IMG/VR virus record: IMGVR_UViG_3300017785_003076
Coordinates: 1-30,226 of that record
Strand: one strand, 5' to 3'
Length of the DNA: 30,226 nucleotides
Origin: a virus
Lineage: Duplodnaviria; Caudoviricetes
This document shows positions 16,859 to 25,861 of this stretch, in pieces. Position 1 is the stretch's first letter, and each line of letters opens with the position of its first letter. A program made the position numbers and the translations under genes. The notes under the pieces were generated by a model that was given only the letters and a program-made list of their open reading frames with translations, ran no database searches and was not told the origin of the DNA.

Positions 16859-17634
16859 TAGCTGGCCTCAGTAATCGAGGTCGGGGTTACCGCATCATCT
16901 AGGGTGTAGGTTTTAGCTGTGGTGACTTGGTCGCGCTTTTTAACCGTCATGGTCGTACCGGCGATACCCTGCTCACCTAACTGTTGATTAATGGCGTACA
17001 AAGCCTGAGCAGGTGTAAAGGTTGCGCCTAGCGTAGGATATGATTCCGTCATTGCAACAGTGCCCTTAGCAAAGTCATACGATGCCGTAAGAGCATACCC
17101 CGTCTTGTCGTTGTTAGTCGTGACGGTAACACCAGCAGTGACACTGCCAACCGAGCCGGAGAGATTGCCGGTTATATCCATTGTCTGGTTGGGGAGGTCG
17201 ATGTTTGTTAATCCCGCACCCGCCACGCCGATTTCAGCGGTATCAATAAGAATTGCCGCGGTATCTGTTTTAATCGCGCCAAGGCCATCCGTTCCGTTGG
17301 CAAGGTCTACGGCAGCGGCAGAGCGCGAAAGTGTGAAGCGCCCCACGACTTCACCCACTACTGAGATACTGTCAACCGTGCCTGTGGTAATTACTAAATG
17401 GTAATCCTTACCGGCTTCAAACCCGTTTGCACCTGATGCAACCACCGTGACAAGGTTAAGCCCAGTAACGCCATCATGGTCAGCGCCGAGAGTTATCCCT
17501 GCCGTAATTTGTGTAAGGCTCTCGTTTTCATAAGCCGAGACAACACCCGCCGCTATAGCAAATGGCGCTCCGGTTGAAAACCTGCGAGTCGTGAACATGA
17601 AATGTATTGTGTCGGCTACCGTGTAATCGGTCAT
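16858..17634 (-). CDS. Putative virion fibre/accessory structural protein (258 aa)
   Basis: Thr/Ala/Gly-rich; GSVGSVTAGVTVTTNNDKTGY fibre-like motif. Confidence 0.65.
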   Translation of the reverse strand: MTDYTVADTIHFMFTTRRFSTGAPFAIAAGVVSAYENESLTQITAGITLGADHDGVTGLNLVTVVASGANGFEAGKDYHLVITTGTVDSISVVGEVVGRFTLSRSAAAVDLANGTDGLGAIKTDTAAILIDTAEIGVAGAGLTNIDLPNQTMDITGNLSGSVGSVTAGVTVTTNNDKTGYALTASYDFAKGTVAMTESYPTLGATFTPAQALYAINQQLGEQGIAGTTMTVKKRDQVTTAKTYTLDDAVTPTSITEAS

Positions 17635-18572
17635 CCCGCTAACCCGCCTCTCCCTGCTAATTTAAGGCCACCGCCTGAGGCTGCCACTGTTCCCGTTAAA
17701 CTCATGACAAGCACAATTCCTTGGCCTCCTGTACCACCAGCGCCAGAGTCCGAGCCGTTGGTTGAAGCCCCGCCGCCCCCACCACCACCGCCATATAGGC
17801 CGCCGTTGCCACCGTTGCCGCCCCTGCTTACACCTGCTGCGCCAACAATATCACCTGAACCACCACCGCCACCGCCCGCCCCACCGCGCCCTTCATTAGT
17901 TGCAGCCGAATCGCCAGCACCACCTGCCCCACCATTAACACCTGTTGAGCCAGCAGTTCCGGCAGTTCCACCAGCCAAAGTGGTTCCTCTAACAGTAGCC
18001 CCAGCGGCACCACCTGCACCACCAGCGCGTGAGGCGGTATCCATACCTCCGCCGCCTCCACCACCCGCGGCACCCATCAACGTCGATGCAGAGCCAGCAC
18101 TACCAGCAGCATTGATGTTCCCGGCCCCGCCGGCACTACCAATAACTTCGGCAGTGGCTGAGCCTGCTAAGCCACCAGTACCGTTCGTTCCACCGGTTAA
18201 GCCTCCACCCCCACCACCGGTCGGTGCCGAGCCCCAAGTACCAGCCTTTAAGTACCCGCCAAAATCGCTTGGCATCCCATTTTGACCAGTAATCCCCGCC
18301 GTCGTGTCTGCCGTAATAGCTGCACCACCGTTACCACCAACGCCAACCACAACCTGGACCGTGTCATCGAAAGGGTAGTTACCGATAAACTTGTGGGTGT
18401 AACCACTTCCACCCCCACCACCGCCAGGACGCCGGTTAGTAGAAGCAGCACCACGAGCGCCAGACCCGCCCCCGCCGCCCCCGCCTACAAGGGAAACATA
18501 GCAACCCTGAAAATTACTGGGTTTCGTCCATGTTTGAGGGCCAACAGTCGTAAAAATATCTATTTGAGCCAT
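17631..18572 (-). CDS. Glycine-rich domain protein 1
   Basis: IFTTVGPQTWTKP...VSLVGGGGGGGSG...GGQGIVLV architecture; start at 18572 by TAATG overlap. Confidence 0.8.
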   Translation of the reverse strand: MAQIDIFTTVGPQTWTKPSNFQGCYVSLVGGGGGGGSGARGAASTNRRPGGGGGGSGYTHKFIGNYPFDDTVQVVVGVGGNGGAAITADTTAGITGQNGMPSDFGGYLKAGTWGSAPTGGGGGGLTGGTNGTGGLAGSATAEVIGSAGGAGNINAAGSAGSASTLMGAAGGGGGGGMDTASRAGGAGGAAGATVRGTTLAGGTAGTAGSTGVNGGAGGAGDSAATNEGRGGAGGGGGGSGDIVGAAGVSRGGNGGNGGLYGGGGGGGGASTNGSDSGAGGTGGQGIVLVMSLTGTVAASGGGLKLAGRGGLAG

Positions 18573-19399
18573 TAGTTTGCCACCACAACACAAAAACCAT
18601 TACCGCCAGCCCCACCAGCACCAGAAGCAAAACCGTTTACAGAAGGCCCACCCCCTCCTCCACCGCCACCCAGAACTCCAGCCCCCCCAGGGCTTCCCAT
18701 GCCTCCAGCTGAAGTGGCTGTTCCTGCTCCCGTCGCAAAACCACTACCACCACCACCACCCCCAAGAGCGTAGAGCGGAGAAGAAACCGCAGCACTTGCG
18801 CTAATACCAGCGGGGCCAAAAGAGTTTCCAGGAGTTGTATTCGTGCCCGATGTGGCGCCAGGACGACCGGAAACAACAGCATCTGCGGCTGATACCCCAC
18901 CAGCACCTGATCCCCCAGTAGCGCCATAAAGTGTGTTACCACTAGCAGAAGTCCCCGCTCCCCCGGTAGCACTAGAAGTGCCACCCGCCGCTCCGGCACC
19001 GTTTGTTACACCAGCCCCAGCAGAGCCAGCAGTTGCAGCCCCTGAATTGTTCCCAGCGCCACCACCAGAACCAGCTTTAGCTCTTAATAAGTTTCCAAAT
19101 GTGGAATCAACCCCAGCAGATCCAGCATTTCCGTTGGTGTCGTTACTGGTGACGCTCACCCCACCAGGCCCACCCGTACCAATGGTGACAGTCTCGGGAG
19201 AACTCAAAACAGACGCTGGATAAGCAAGGCGGTTCCAAGCAGCACCGCCCCCGCCGCCACCACCAGTCTTAAGAGTCGCCGTGGCCCGACGGGGACCTGA
19301 TCCACCGCCCCCGCCGCCCCCAACCAAAAACACCTCAACATCGACCGCAGAGGTCACGGAGTAAGTCCCAGTCGCAGTAAAAATAGTTACAAGGCTCAT
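18572..19399 (-). CDS. Glycine-rich domain protein 2
   Basis: IFTATGTY...VFLVGGGGGGGSG...DSTFG...GGNGFCVVV. Confidence 0.8.
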   Translation of the reverse strand: MSLVTIFTATGTYSVTSAVDVEVFLVGGGGGGGSGPRRATATLKTGGGGGGGAAWNRLAYPASVLSSPETVTIGTGGPGGVSVTSNDTNGNAGSAGVDSTFGNLLRAKAGSGGGAGNNSGAATAGSAGAGVTNGAGAAGGTSSATGGAGTSASGNTLYGATGGSGAGGVSAADAVVSGRPGATSGTNTTPGNSFGPAGISASAAVSSPLYALGGGGGGSGFATGAGTATSAGGMGSPGGAGVLGGGGGGGGPSVNGFASGAGGAGGNGFCVVVAN

Positions 19400-19773
19400 T
19401 TCCCACCCATCACAAAATAAACAGGCCCAGCCGGCTGTTCAGTCTTGTCAAAAAGAGACATGTGGATCACGTCATCCTCTTCCGCATGATAAACACACCG
19501 TATCCAAGGCAAAATCCGGTCAATCGCCTCTCGCTTACTCGTAGCAAGCAACAAAAACATAGCCTCAAACTCAGCTTTAACTCGTGGAGACTTATCAAAA
19601 ACCCCTAACCGCAAAATTGCAGGCATGTGCTCAATCACAAAACTAGCGAGCTCAAACCCAGACATCCGGGGCTTTAAAATGCCCCTCTGCACATGCCACT
19701 TAAACGTAATCTCTTTGCCATCATCGGCAGGAACAACCGCCTTGTGCTCATAGGACTTACTCTTAATCAACAT
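19396..19773 (-). CDS. Hypothetical protein (125 aa)
   Basis: ATGA-coupled to Gly-rich gene 2. Confidence 0.7.
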   Translation of the reverse strand: MLIKSKSYEHKAVVPADDGKEITFKWHVQRGILKPRMSGFELASFVIEHMPAILRLGVFDKSPRVKAEFEAMFLLLATSKREAIDRILPWIRCVYHAEEDDVIHMSLFDKTEQPAGPVYFVMGGK

Positions 19774-19776
19774 GAC

Positions 19777-20598
19777 TCAATCCTGAATGGTTGTAACTAT
19801 ACAGATACCAGGCCCAGCATTCCCACCAGCTCCACCCGTGGTTCCGCCACCACCTCCACCACCACCAGCCCCATAATTTCCACCAACCCCACCAGCTCCA
19901 CCGGCACCGCCGTTGTTACCACCACCACCGCCTCCGCCAGAACCACCATGGCAAACGTTGGTAGCTACACTGGTTCCGTTGCCCCCAGCTCCTCCACCCA
20001 AGGTTCCAGCAGTGCCCCCAGACAGTGTCCCACCGTAACTGTTCGCCCCCGCAACACCGCCGGCACCACCGGCCGCAGAAGATCCAGCCTGTTTAGCACC
20101 ACCGCCTCCACCACCAGCCGCAGCCCTAACCGTATTAGCTGTCCCAGCAGTACCAGCAGCCGGAGTAGCGCCACTTCCACCAGCACCACCCGCAGCTCCA
20201 GCTTCATACCCAGTCGGAGCAGTTCCCCCTGCAGCAGTGGACGAAGTACCAGCAGTCCCGCCACCACCACCCGCACACCGAACCCAACTAGGAGTCGCAG
20301 TACCAAACACAGCAGTCGTTCCAGCTGCTCCAGCATTCCCAGAACTTGCTCCACCAGCCGCAGCAGTTCCAATAGTCACGGCCTCAGTGCCACTCAAAAC
20401 AGTCGAGGCCAGCTCAAAGTCTATCCAGCACCCACCAGCCCCACCGCCTCCACCGCCAGCGTTACCCGCACTAGTAAAACCAGCTCCACCTCCACCTCCA
20501 CCCGCAACAAGAAGCCCACGCACCAACGCACCACCACCACTAATAGCGGGCTTGGTCCATGTACCCGAGGACGTGAAAATTTGAACATTAACAGCCAT
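19777..20598 (-). CDS. Glycine-rich domain protein 3
   Basis: IFTSSGTWTKP...LLVAGGGGGGAG...GPGICIV. Confidence 0.8.
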   Translation of the reverse strand: MAVNVQIFTSSGTWTKPAISGGGALVRGLLVAGGGGGGAGFTSAGNAGGGGGGAGGCWIDFELASTVLSGTEAVTIGTAAAGGASSGNAGAAGTTAVFGTATPSWVRCAGGGGGTAGTSSTAAGGTAPTGYEAGAAGGAGGSGATPAAGTAGTANTVRAAAGGGGGGAKQAGSSAAGGAGGVAGANSYGGTLSGGTAGTLGGGAGGNGTSVATNVCHGGSGGGGGGGNNGGAGGAGGVGGNYGAGGGGGGGGTTGGAGGNAGPGICIVTTIQD

Positions 20599-20600
20599 AA

Positions 20601-20927
20601 TTACTCCGCAAACTTCAAAATCATTTCCTGTGTGGTCTTTATCTCACCACTGCTAATCCCATTCAAAACCTTCTCAATCCGAACATTCGCGTCATCAAAA
20701 ACAGGCTTACTCTCTAAAGAACGAATGGCCGCTTGAACATCATCTTCGGTAGCTTTGCCACCATTCTGCTCCGCGATGGAGGTAAAATATTCCTCTTGCG
20801 ATACAACCGTTTGTACGTTGCGCACCTGTGGGATATTTTTGTTATTCACATAATTGATAAATGCAGGAATATCATTCAATATTGTTGCATCTTTGCTAAT
20901 CATGTCTGCAATTGTGCCGATGTTCAT
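20601..20927 (-). CDS. Hypothetical protein (108 aa)
   Basis: TAATG-coupled to portal stop. Confidence 0.7.
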   Translation of the reverse strand: MNIGTIADMISKDATILNDIPAFINYVNNKNIPQVRNVQTVVSQEEYFTSIAEQNGGKATEDDVQAAIRSLESKPVFDDANVRIEKVLNGISSGEIKTTQEMILKFAE

Positions 20928-23245
20928 TACTGCGCTCCGATTAGGTTTCCGGCTTCATCCCGAATCACGGTAAGCGGCTGTGATACGGTAGCCGTGAGCT
21001 GCCCAAGCTGCGCGGTGATGCCCGTTAGCGCCTCGATGACCATCTGCGTCTGCATAGCTTTGGCTTGTGCTTCCTGCGCCTCCTGCATGGCCTTTTCCTG
21101 CTCTTGCTGCTGACGAATGGCGGCCTGCTCCTGCTCCATTTGCTCCTGCTGGATGAGGCTGGCAATCTTTGCCTGCAAACCCTCCACCGTGTCCTTCATG
21201 CCCATATCTTCCCCGCCCTTTGGTTGCTGCGTTTGCAATACCTGCAACTGGAACTGCGCTTCCTCAAGCTGCATCTTGCGCTCTTTGATTTCGATTTCCT
21301 TAGCCTTGGCAATGCTATCCATCGAGTTATCCGGCTGTGCTGCTTCCGGCTGTTGCGCCTGAATCAGCTTCAACTGCAACTCGCCCTTTTTAATCTCGAC
21401 TTCCTGCGCTTTAATCTGCACGTCTGCCATTTTCACCTGCACATCAGCCTGCTTATCCTGCAATTGCGTTTCTAACTGTAAAATGCGAGTTTGCGCCTCG
21501 GCGGTGATTTGCTGTAATTGCTGCGTCAGCGCCGCAACTTGCGGGTCAGGCGCGTTTTCTTCGCGGTCTTTCTCATCCAGAAGCGCGGGATTGACCATTT
21601 TCTTGAAGCGAGACGACAGCGCATCGGAACCCGGCGTGTCTTGATACTTGAACACCAAATCCAGCACGTTCATGGCGGCTTCAGGCGGTAATAGCTTCAG
21701 CGTGTTCTGGTACAACTCAGCAGCCTGCTGGCGTTGCGTGGTGTAGGATGCACCTGTGGTCACACGCACGTCAAACTTGCCCGTGTCCATGTTATAGGGC
21801 TGATCTTGGTCGGGAGTCATTGCGCCGTTAATGCCCACCAGCTTGTAGTTATCTTCTTTATCGACCACGGAAACAATGCGCTGCGTATCTTCGACTTCCG
21901 GCAAGGCGCATACAATAATTTTGCCGACCTGCGTGATGGACTTAACCAGATTATCGCCAAAATGGAAGTTACCTACATCCGAGCTTTGTTCTAGTTGCTT
22001 AATTGCAACACCCGAAGCATCGCCTTCACGCTTACCAGCGGAGGCGTTATACATGCCCAGAATCTCGCGGATGTTGTTAGCAGTGCTTTGCGAGGCGTTA
22101 ACAACGCCAGTAGGAATCGTGGGCGGCTGCAAACGCTGCGGGGCAGGTGCAACATTGCCCTCAATGTCGGTCTGATTGTAATACAGCACCATTGCTTTAT
22201 CAGGTTCAGCCCACTGGTCTTCAAACCCGCGCATTTGACCAGCAGCAGCCTGCACCGGCGCTTGCTGTTGTTTTAATAATAGCTCAGTCTCTAAGGCTTT
22301 CCACAGATTGAACGTGCGCTGAGCGTCCTTCGCCTTACGAATCAGGCTGAACAGATGACGAACACCGTCATTCCATGCTTCCTCGCCATACACGGGAACA
22401 ATAGGGATATACTTACCGGGGAATGTGGACTCTTCGAGAATATCAGCACCCGCCAGCTTGTAATGGCGAACCTTGCATTTCTTCATCTTGCGGGTGGATT
22501 TATACTTTGCCTTAGGACGTACACGCTCTTTAGTGCCGTCTTCCATCAAACCGTATTCGTTTTCCTCATGGTCTAAGCAGAAATACTCGACAATCGTAAT
22601 TTTGCCCTCGGTCATGCCGGAGTGCGTACCGTTCTCCATGGTATCTTCAAACGGCACAGCGTCAGCATCCGGCCATGCCTTTTGGAAATCAGCCAAAGAC
22701 ATTTCCTCAATGACAAACGCAAACTTAGCGTCCCTGCCATCAGGCTCCGTGGATGTGGGGTCAATGTAAACGCCTAGCGGATTAACCACGCGGCAAATCG
22801 TTAGCTCCTGATCGAAGCTGTCATCGTCAATATACTTGCGGTCAACGCGGATAAACCCAATCGAACAGCCCACCGAGAAATCCGCCGCCATGTCGTAAGC
22901 TGCATCGGCATTGCTCTTATACTCGATGGCTTTAATGCGCCCCGATAGCATTTCTGCGGTCTTTGGGTCGGAGTCTAAACTGGCAGGAATCACGTTAATA
23001 GTCGGCGTGTTCATGCGAATATCGTTAACGACCTGATGCTTGAACTGCGTTAACTGGTCAATCTGTGGTACAGGTCGGCCAACCGTGGCGCGGCCTGACC
23101 ACTCACGGGAATCCCACATCGCCCCTTCTTTATCGGACATGAAGTCCAAGTCTGCCTTGGCCGCTGCGTAGATTTCCCGCCACCCTTCAACAGCGGCTTT
23201 GTACCGCTTCTTTGCAATCTCAAGAATATCCGCAGCTTCGCTCAT
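20927..23245 (-). CDS. Portal protein, P22 gp1-like
   Basis: 772 aa; PGKYIPIVPVYG, KDAQRTFN, SGVAI, GKFDVRVTTGASYTTQRQ motifs; long Gln-rich C-terminal coiled coil. Confidence 0.92.
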   Translation of the reverse strand: MSEAADILEIAKKRYKAAVEGWREIYAAAKADLDFMSDKEGAMWDSREWSGRATVGRPVPQIDQLTQFKHQVVNDIRMNTPTINVIPASLDSDPKTAEMLSGRIKAIEYKSNADAAYDMAADFSVGCSIGFIRVDRKYIDDDSFDQELTICRVVNPLGVYIDPTSTEPDGRDAKFAFVIEEMSLADFQKAWPDADAVPFEDTMENGTHSGMTEGKITIVEYFCLDHEENEYGLMEDGTKERVRPKAKYKSTRKMKKCKVRHYKLAGADILEESTFPGKYIPIVPVYGEEAWNDGVRHLFSLIRKAKDAQRTFNLWKALETELLLKQQQAPVQAAAGQMRGFEDQWAEPDKAMVLYYNQTDIEGNVAPAPQRLQPPTIPTGVVNASQSTANNIREILGMYNASAGKREGDASGVAIKQLEQSSDVGNFHFGDNLVKSITQVGKIIVCALPEVEDTQRIVSVVDKEDNYKLVGINGAMTPDQDQPYNMDTGKFDVRVTTGASYTTQRQQAAELYQNTLKLLPPEAAMNVLDLVFKYQDTPGSDALSSRFKKMVNPALLDEKDREENAPDPQVAALTQQLQQITAEAQTRILQLETQLQDKQADVQVKMADVQIKAQEVEIKKGELQLKLIQAQQPEAAQPDNSMDSIAKAKEIEIKERKMQLEEAQFQLQVLQTQQPKGGEDMGMKDTVEGLQAKIASLIQQEQMEQEQAAIRQQQEQEKAMQEAQEAQAKAMQTQMVIEALTGITAQLGQLTATVSQPLTVIRDEAGNLIGAQ

Positions 23246-23323
23246 GAATTTTTACTTCATAGGGGTGGCTTGCTGTCGGATGCGTCAACGCCTAGCGTCT
23301 CGCCTTGAGTAGCAAAAGTCTAA

Positions 23324-23354
23324 CTACTATATATGGTGTCAATAGCAAAGTCAA
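23324..23354 (-). promoter_or_regulatory. Predicted portal-operon promoter overlapped by NrdR-box-like site
   Basis: TTGACT-17 nt-TATAGT; ACACCATATATAGTAG (minus, 23324-23339) overlaps -10. Confidence 0.6.
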
Positions 23355-23360
23355 AGAGAT

Positions 23361-23579
23361 TTACAGCCCCACACTCGCCATATCTTCAAAGGCCGATTCC
23401 AGTGAGGTGTAAAACGCCCAATCCATGAACAGCTTGCCGTTCTTCTCGGATTTTATCACTGGCGCATCTGGACAATAGGGGAATCCCATCTCAGTTGCAA
23501 CGTTGTAAATCTCGCGCTTGGCGGATTCTTGCTCATATTCGGATAGGTTCTTCATTTCAACGGTAAATACTTGCTTCAT
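23361..23579 (-). CDS. Small hypothetical protein (72 aa)
   Basis: ATGA-coupled to TerL stop. Confidence 0.6.
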   Translation of the reverse strand: MKQVFTVEMKNLSEYEQESAKREIYNVATEMGFPYCPDAPVIKSEKNGKLFMDWAFYTSLESAFEDMASVGL

Positions 23580-25003
23580 ACGCGCCTCATCATTATGGAA
23601 GTAAAATCAATGCTTTTGTTGCTCATATCGCCTATAGCCATGCCTATCAGCGCCATAACGTCCACTTGGTCGTCATACTTGCCTGACGGAAACGTTAACA
23701 TTTCGGTCTTTAGGTCGGTTAGCCATGAGGCATAGGGGAAGAACACCTTGCCCTGCTGCATCCTACCGCGTATCGACTGGGCGCACATTTCCTTGGATTT
23801 GGTACGGGTTATTTGCTTACGCGTACACCACGCCCCCGCCTCTTGCTGGCGTTTACTGATCAGCGGATCCATGGATTTATGAATTACGCCCGATTCCTCA
23901 AACCATGTAACGGGCTTATGTGTCTTTATCATCAATATCAGCTGATTCACCCAATCCAGCGAGGACTTTTGCCCGCGCCACCAGTCAACCAGATAGAGAT
24001 TGTCCTGTGCATCTAGCCCAAACACGCCATGCACCGTATAGTCTCCCCCGCCGTCTGATACGGCGTAATCGCTTGCGCCATACAGCTTGATGTTATCTGG
24101 CAGCTTGTCGTAGTATTTAAACCATTCATCCTCAAAATACGCGCCTGTTTCTGGCGTAGGTCTTTGCTGATAAAGGCTTGACCAGTTGCGGGCATCACGC
24201 TTGGCCTGCGTAATCATGTCGTCATTGAACCATTCAGGCCATAGCGGTGCGCCTACTGCCCTTCCCATGGGATCATCTGATTCCTCGGCTATCATAGGCA
24301 GTTTTAGCACTTCCCACTGCTCGCCGCCCTTCTTCATCAGGTCTAGTTGCCATCCAGCAAGGTCGTCCTCATGCCAACGCGTCATGATGAGGATAACAAA
24401 CGCGTCTGGCTTTAGGCGCGTCCAGAAATCGGACAGATACCATTCCTTGGTTTTGTTACGGATGGTTTCGCTTTCGGCATCCTCGCGCCCCTTAACTGGG
24501 TCGTCAATGATTGCGCCATCTGCGCGGAATGAGGTGATAGAGCCACCAACGCCAACGCCGTAAAACTCTGTTTGGTTGTTGAGCGCCCACCTGCCAGCGG
24601 CCTGTGAATCTTGCGATAGGGCAACCCCGAAAGCATCCTGATACTCAGGCTCGCGTACTATAGCCCTAACGCGCCTGCCCCATTTGTCGGCTACTTCCTG
24701 CGAATAGCTAGAGGTAATCAGCTTTTTTCCTGCGTTTCCAGCAATCCACCATGAGCTGAACATAACGTTGGCATAATACGACTTAGCTGCGCCGGGCGGC
24801 ATAAACACCATAAGCCGCTTTGTTTTGCCATCAGCTACTTTTTGCAAGCGTTCAATCAACAAAAGATGGTGCTTAGCTGGCGCAGGCTCAGAACTGAACT
24901 CCCTAATGAACGTTAGGTAGTTCTGCCTCATCTTTTGGGAGTGCTTCTTCTTTAGCGCTAATAACAAATCCGATTTTTCCTGCAAGCTCGGTAATTGCTG
25001 CAT
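23576..25003 (-). CDS. terL: Terminase large subunit
   Basis: Walker A variant MPPGAAKS, Walker B IIDD, coupling motif MTRWHEDD, LYQQRP, nuclease motif GKYDDQVD. Confidence 0.95.
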   Translation of the reverse strand: MQQLPSLQEKSDLLLALKKKHSQKMRQNYLTFIREFSSEPAPAKHHLLLIERLQKVADGKTKRLMVFMPPGAAKSYYANVMFSSWWIAGNAGKKLITSSYSQEVADKWGRRVRAIVREPEYQDAFGVALSQDSQAAGRWALNNQTEFYGVGVGGSITSFRADGAIIDDPVKGREDAESETIRNKTKEWYLSDFWTRLKPDAFVILIMTRWHEDDLAGWQLDLMKKGGEQWEVLKLPMIAEESDDPMGRAVGAPLWPEWFNDDMITQAKRDARNWSSLYQQRPTPETGAYFEDEWFKYYDKLPDNIKLYGASDYAVSDGGGDYTVHGVFGLDAQDNLYLVDWWRGQKSSLDWVNQLILMIKTHKPVTWFEESGVIHKSMDPLISKRQQEAGAWCTRKQITRTKSKEMCAQSIRGRMQQGKVFFPYASWLTDLKTEMLTFPSGKYDDQVDVMALIGMAIGDMSNKSIDFTSIMMRRV

Positions 25004-25241
25004 CTATCTGGCTTTCATCAGTTTGTTCTTCGGTCATTGAGTGTGCGATTGGTTGAATCGCCCTACCGTCAATTCGGTCTGCCAAAAACTGCATGGATGC
25101 AAGGTTGCCCTCTGCGGCATCGTCTAACACCCGCTCTGCGGCCTTCTTGAGCTTCTGCGGGCTTTGGCGTATCGCGGCCTTTAGCGCGTCACGAATGACT
25201 TTATCGGGTTTACCGCCAGTAGGGTTTGGATTGCCAGCCAT
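24903..25241 (-). CDS. terS: Terminase small subunit
   Basis: GNPNPTGGKP N-terminus, AAEGNLASMQFLADRIDGRAIQ motif; directly upstream of and overlapping TerL. Confidence 0.75.
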   Translation of the reverse strand: MAGNPNPTGGKPDKVIRDALKAAIRQSPQKLKKAAERVLDDAAEGNLASMQFLADRIDGRAIQPIAHSMTEEQTDESQIDAAITELAGKIGFVISAKEEALPKDEAELPNVH

Positions 25242-25272
25242 GTTTAATTCATAAATGTTGATTACTTAACGA

Positions 25273-25301
25273 ACTATACCACCATATTTAGTGATATGCA
25301 A
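25273..25301 (-). promoter_or_regulatory. Predicted terminase promoter with NrdR-box-like spacer
   Basis: TTGCAT-17 nt-TATAGT; spacer contains CCACCATATTTAGTGA (plus, 25279-25294). Confidence 0.6.
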
Positions 25302-25356
25302 CCCCTACAAGAGGACTAGTTACCGTGGGGGTTTCGCTGGAGGGCGAGTGATTATA

Positions 25357-25542
25357 TTAACTAATAGTTCTGGATGTTGCAAGCCTTATCAGCAGTGCCA
25401 TACAAGCGGGTATCTTCCTTTCCCCATACAGCCATGACGTTATCCGGCGGGGCGTGACGTGGATGCGTGTGGCTAGTTGCTTTATGCCTCCACATGCCAT
25501 AGTGATGCTTTTCAGCTCTGCGCGGGTCATATTCTTTTTCAT
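25357..25542 (-). CDS. Small HTH (XRE/Cro-like) DNA-binding protein
   Basis: GGIKQLATRIHVTPRRITSWLYGERKIP helix-turn-helix pattern. Confidence 0.75.
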   Translation of the reverse strand: MKKNMTRAELKSITMACGGIKQLATRIHVTPRRITSWLYGERKIPACMALLIRLATSRTIS

Positions 25543-25543
25543 C

Positions 25544-25720
25544 CTACAAATACCCGTAATAACGAACGCCGTTTTCTATCCACAACTTCATAAGCGGCTG
25601 CAAAATATCCTCATCAGCCAAAACCCAATTATCGTTTGGAGCGATTTCTGCAACACATGCGATAACGTTGCTGCACTCATAATTGCGCTTTGTGTAGTTT
25701 TTGTTGCGGTAGGTGTTCAT
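25544..25720 (-). CDS. Small hypothetical protein (58 aa)
   Basis: Manual translation MNTYRNKNYTKRNYECSNVIACVAEIAPNDNWVLADEDILQPLMKLWIENGVRYYGYL; GGAG RBS; own promoter. Confidence 0.65.
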   Translation of the reverse strand: MNTYRNKNYTKRNYECSNVIACVAEIAPNDNWVLADEDILQPLMKLWIENGVRYYGYL

Positions 25721-25761
25721 CTCATTTTCTCCGTTGTTGTTGTTTCCGTCTTACTAAAACC

Positions 25762-25790
25762 ACAGTATTACACTTTGTGTATGCGGTCAA
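25762..25790 (-). promoter_or_regulatory. Sigma70-like promoter with palindromic operator
   Basis: TTGACC-17 nt-TACTGT; TACAC-TTT-GTGTA (25769-25781) in spacer; A-rich upstream tract. Confidence 0.65.
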
Positions 25791-25861
25791 CAGGAAAGTG
25801 ATAATTATTTTTTGGGGGGGGCTGCGGGATAAGGTACATTAGATTGTACTTTATACCCAAT

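Noticed and set aside
17602-18285. 227-aa proline-rich plus-strand ORF
   Set aside because: Antisense shadow of Gly codons (GGN read as NCC/CCN) in the Gly-rich gene; no independent signals
17631-20598. Possible CRISPR array or DGR template/variable repeats
   Set aside because: Repeats are poly-Gly codon runs without spacers; no adenine-specific repeat pair or reverse transcriptase seen in the window
19693-20736. 347-aa Ser/Thr-rich plus-strand ORF
   Set aside because: Antisense shadow of low-complexity Gly/Ala coding sequence
25801-25860. T/G homopolymer run and imperfect inverted repeat after the DUF968-like gene
   Set aside because: AT-rich imperfect stem with no U-tract on the minus strand; cannot support a terminator or phase-variation call
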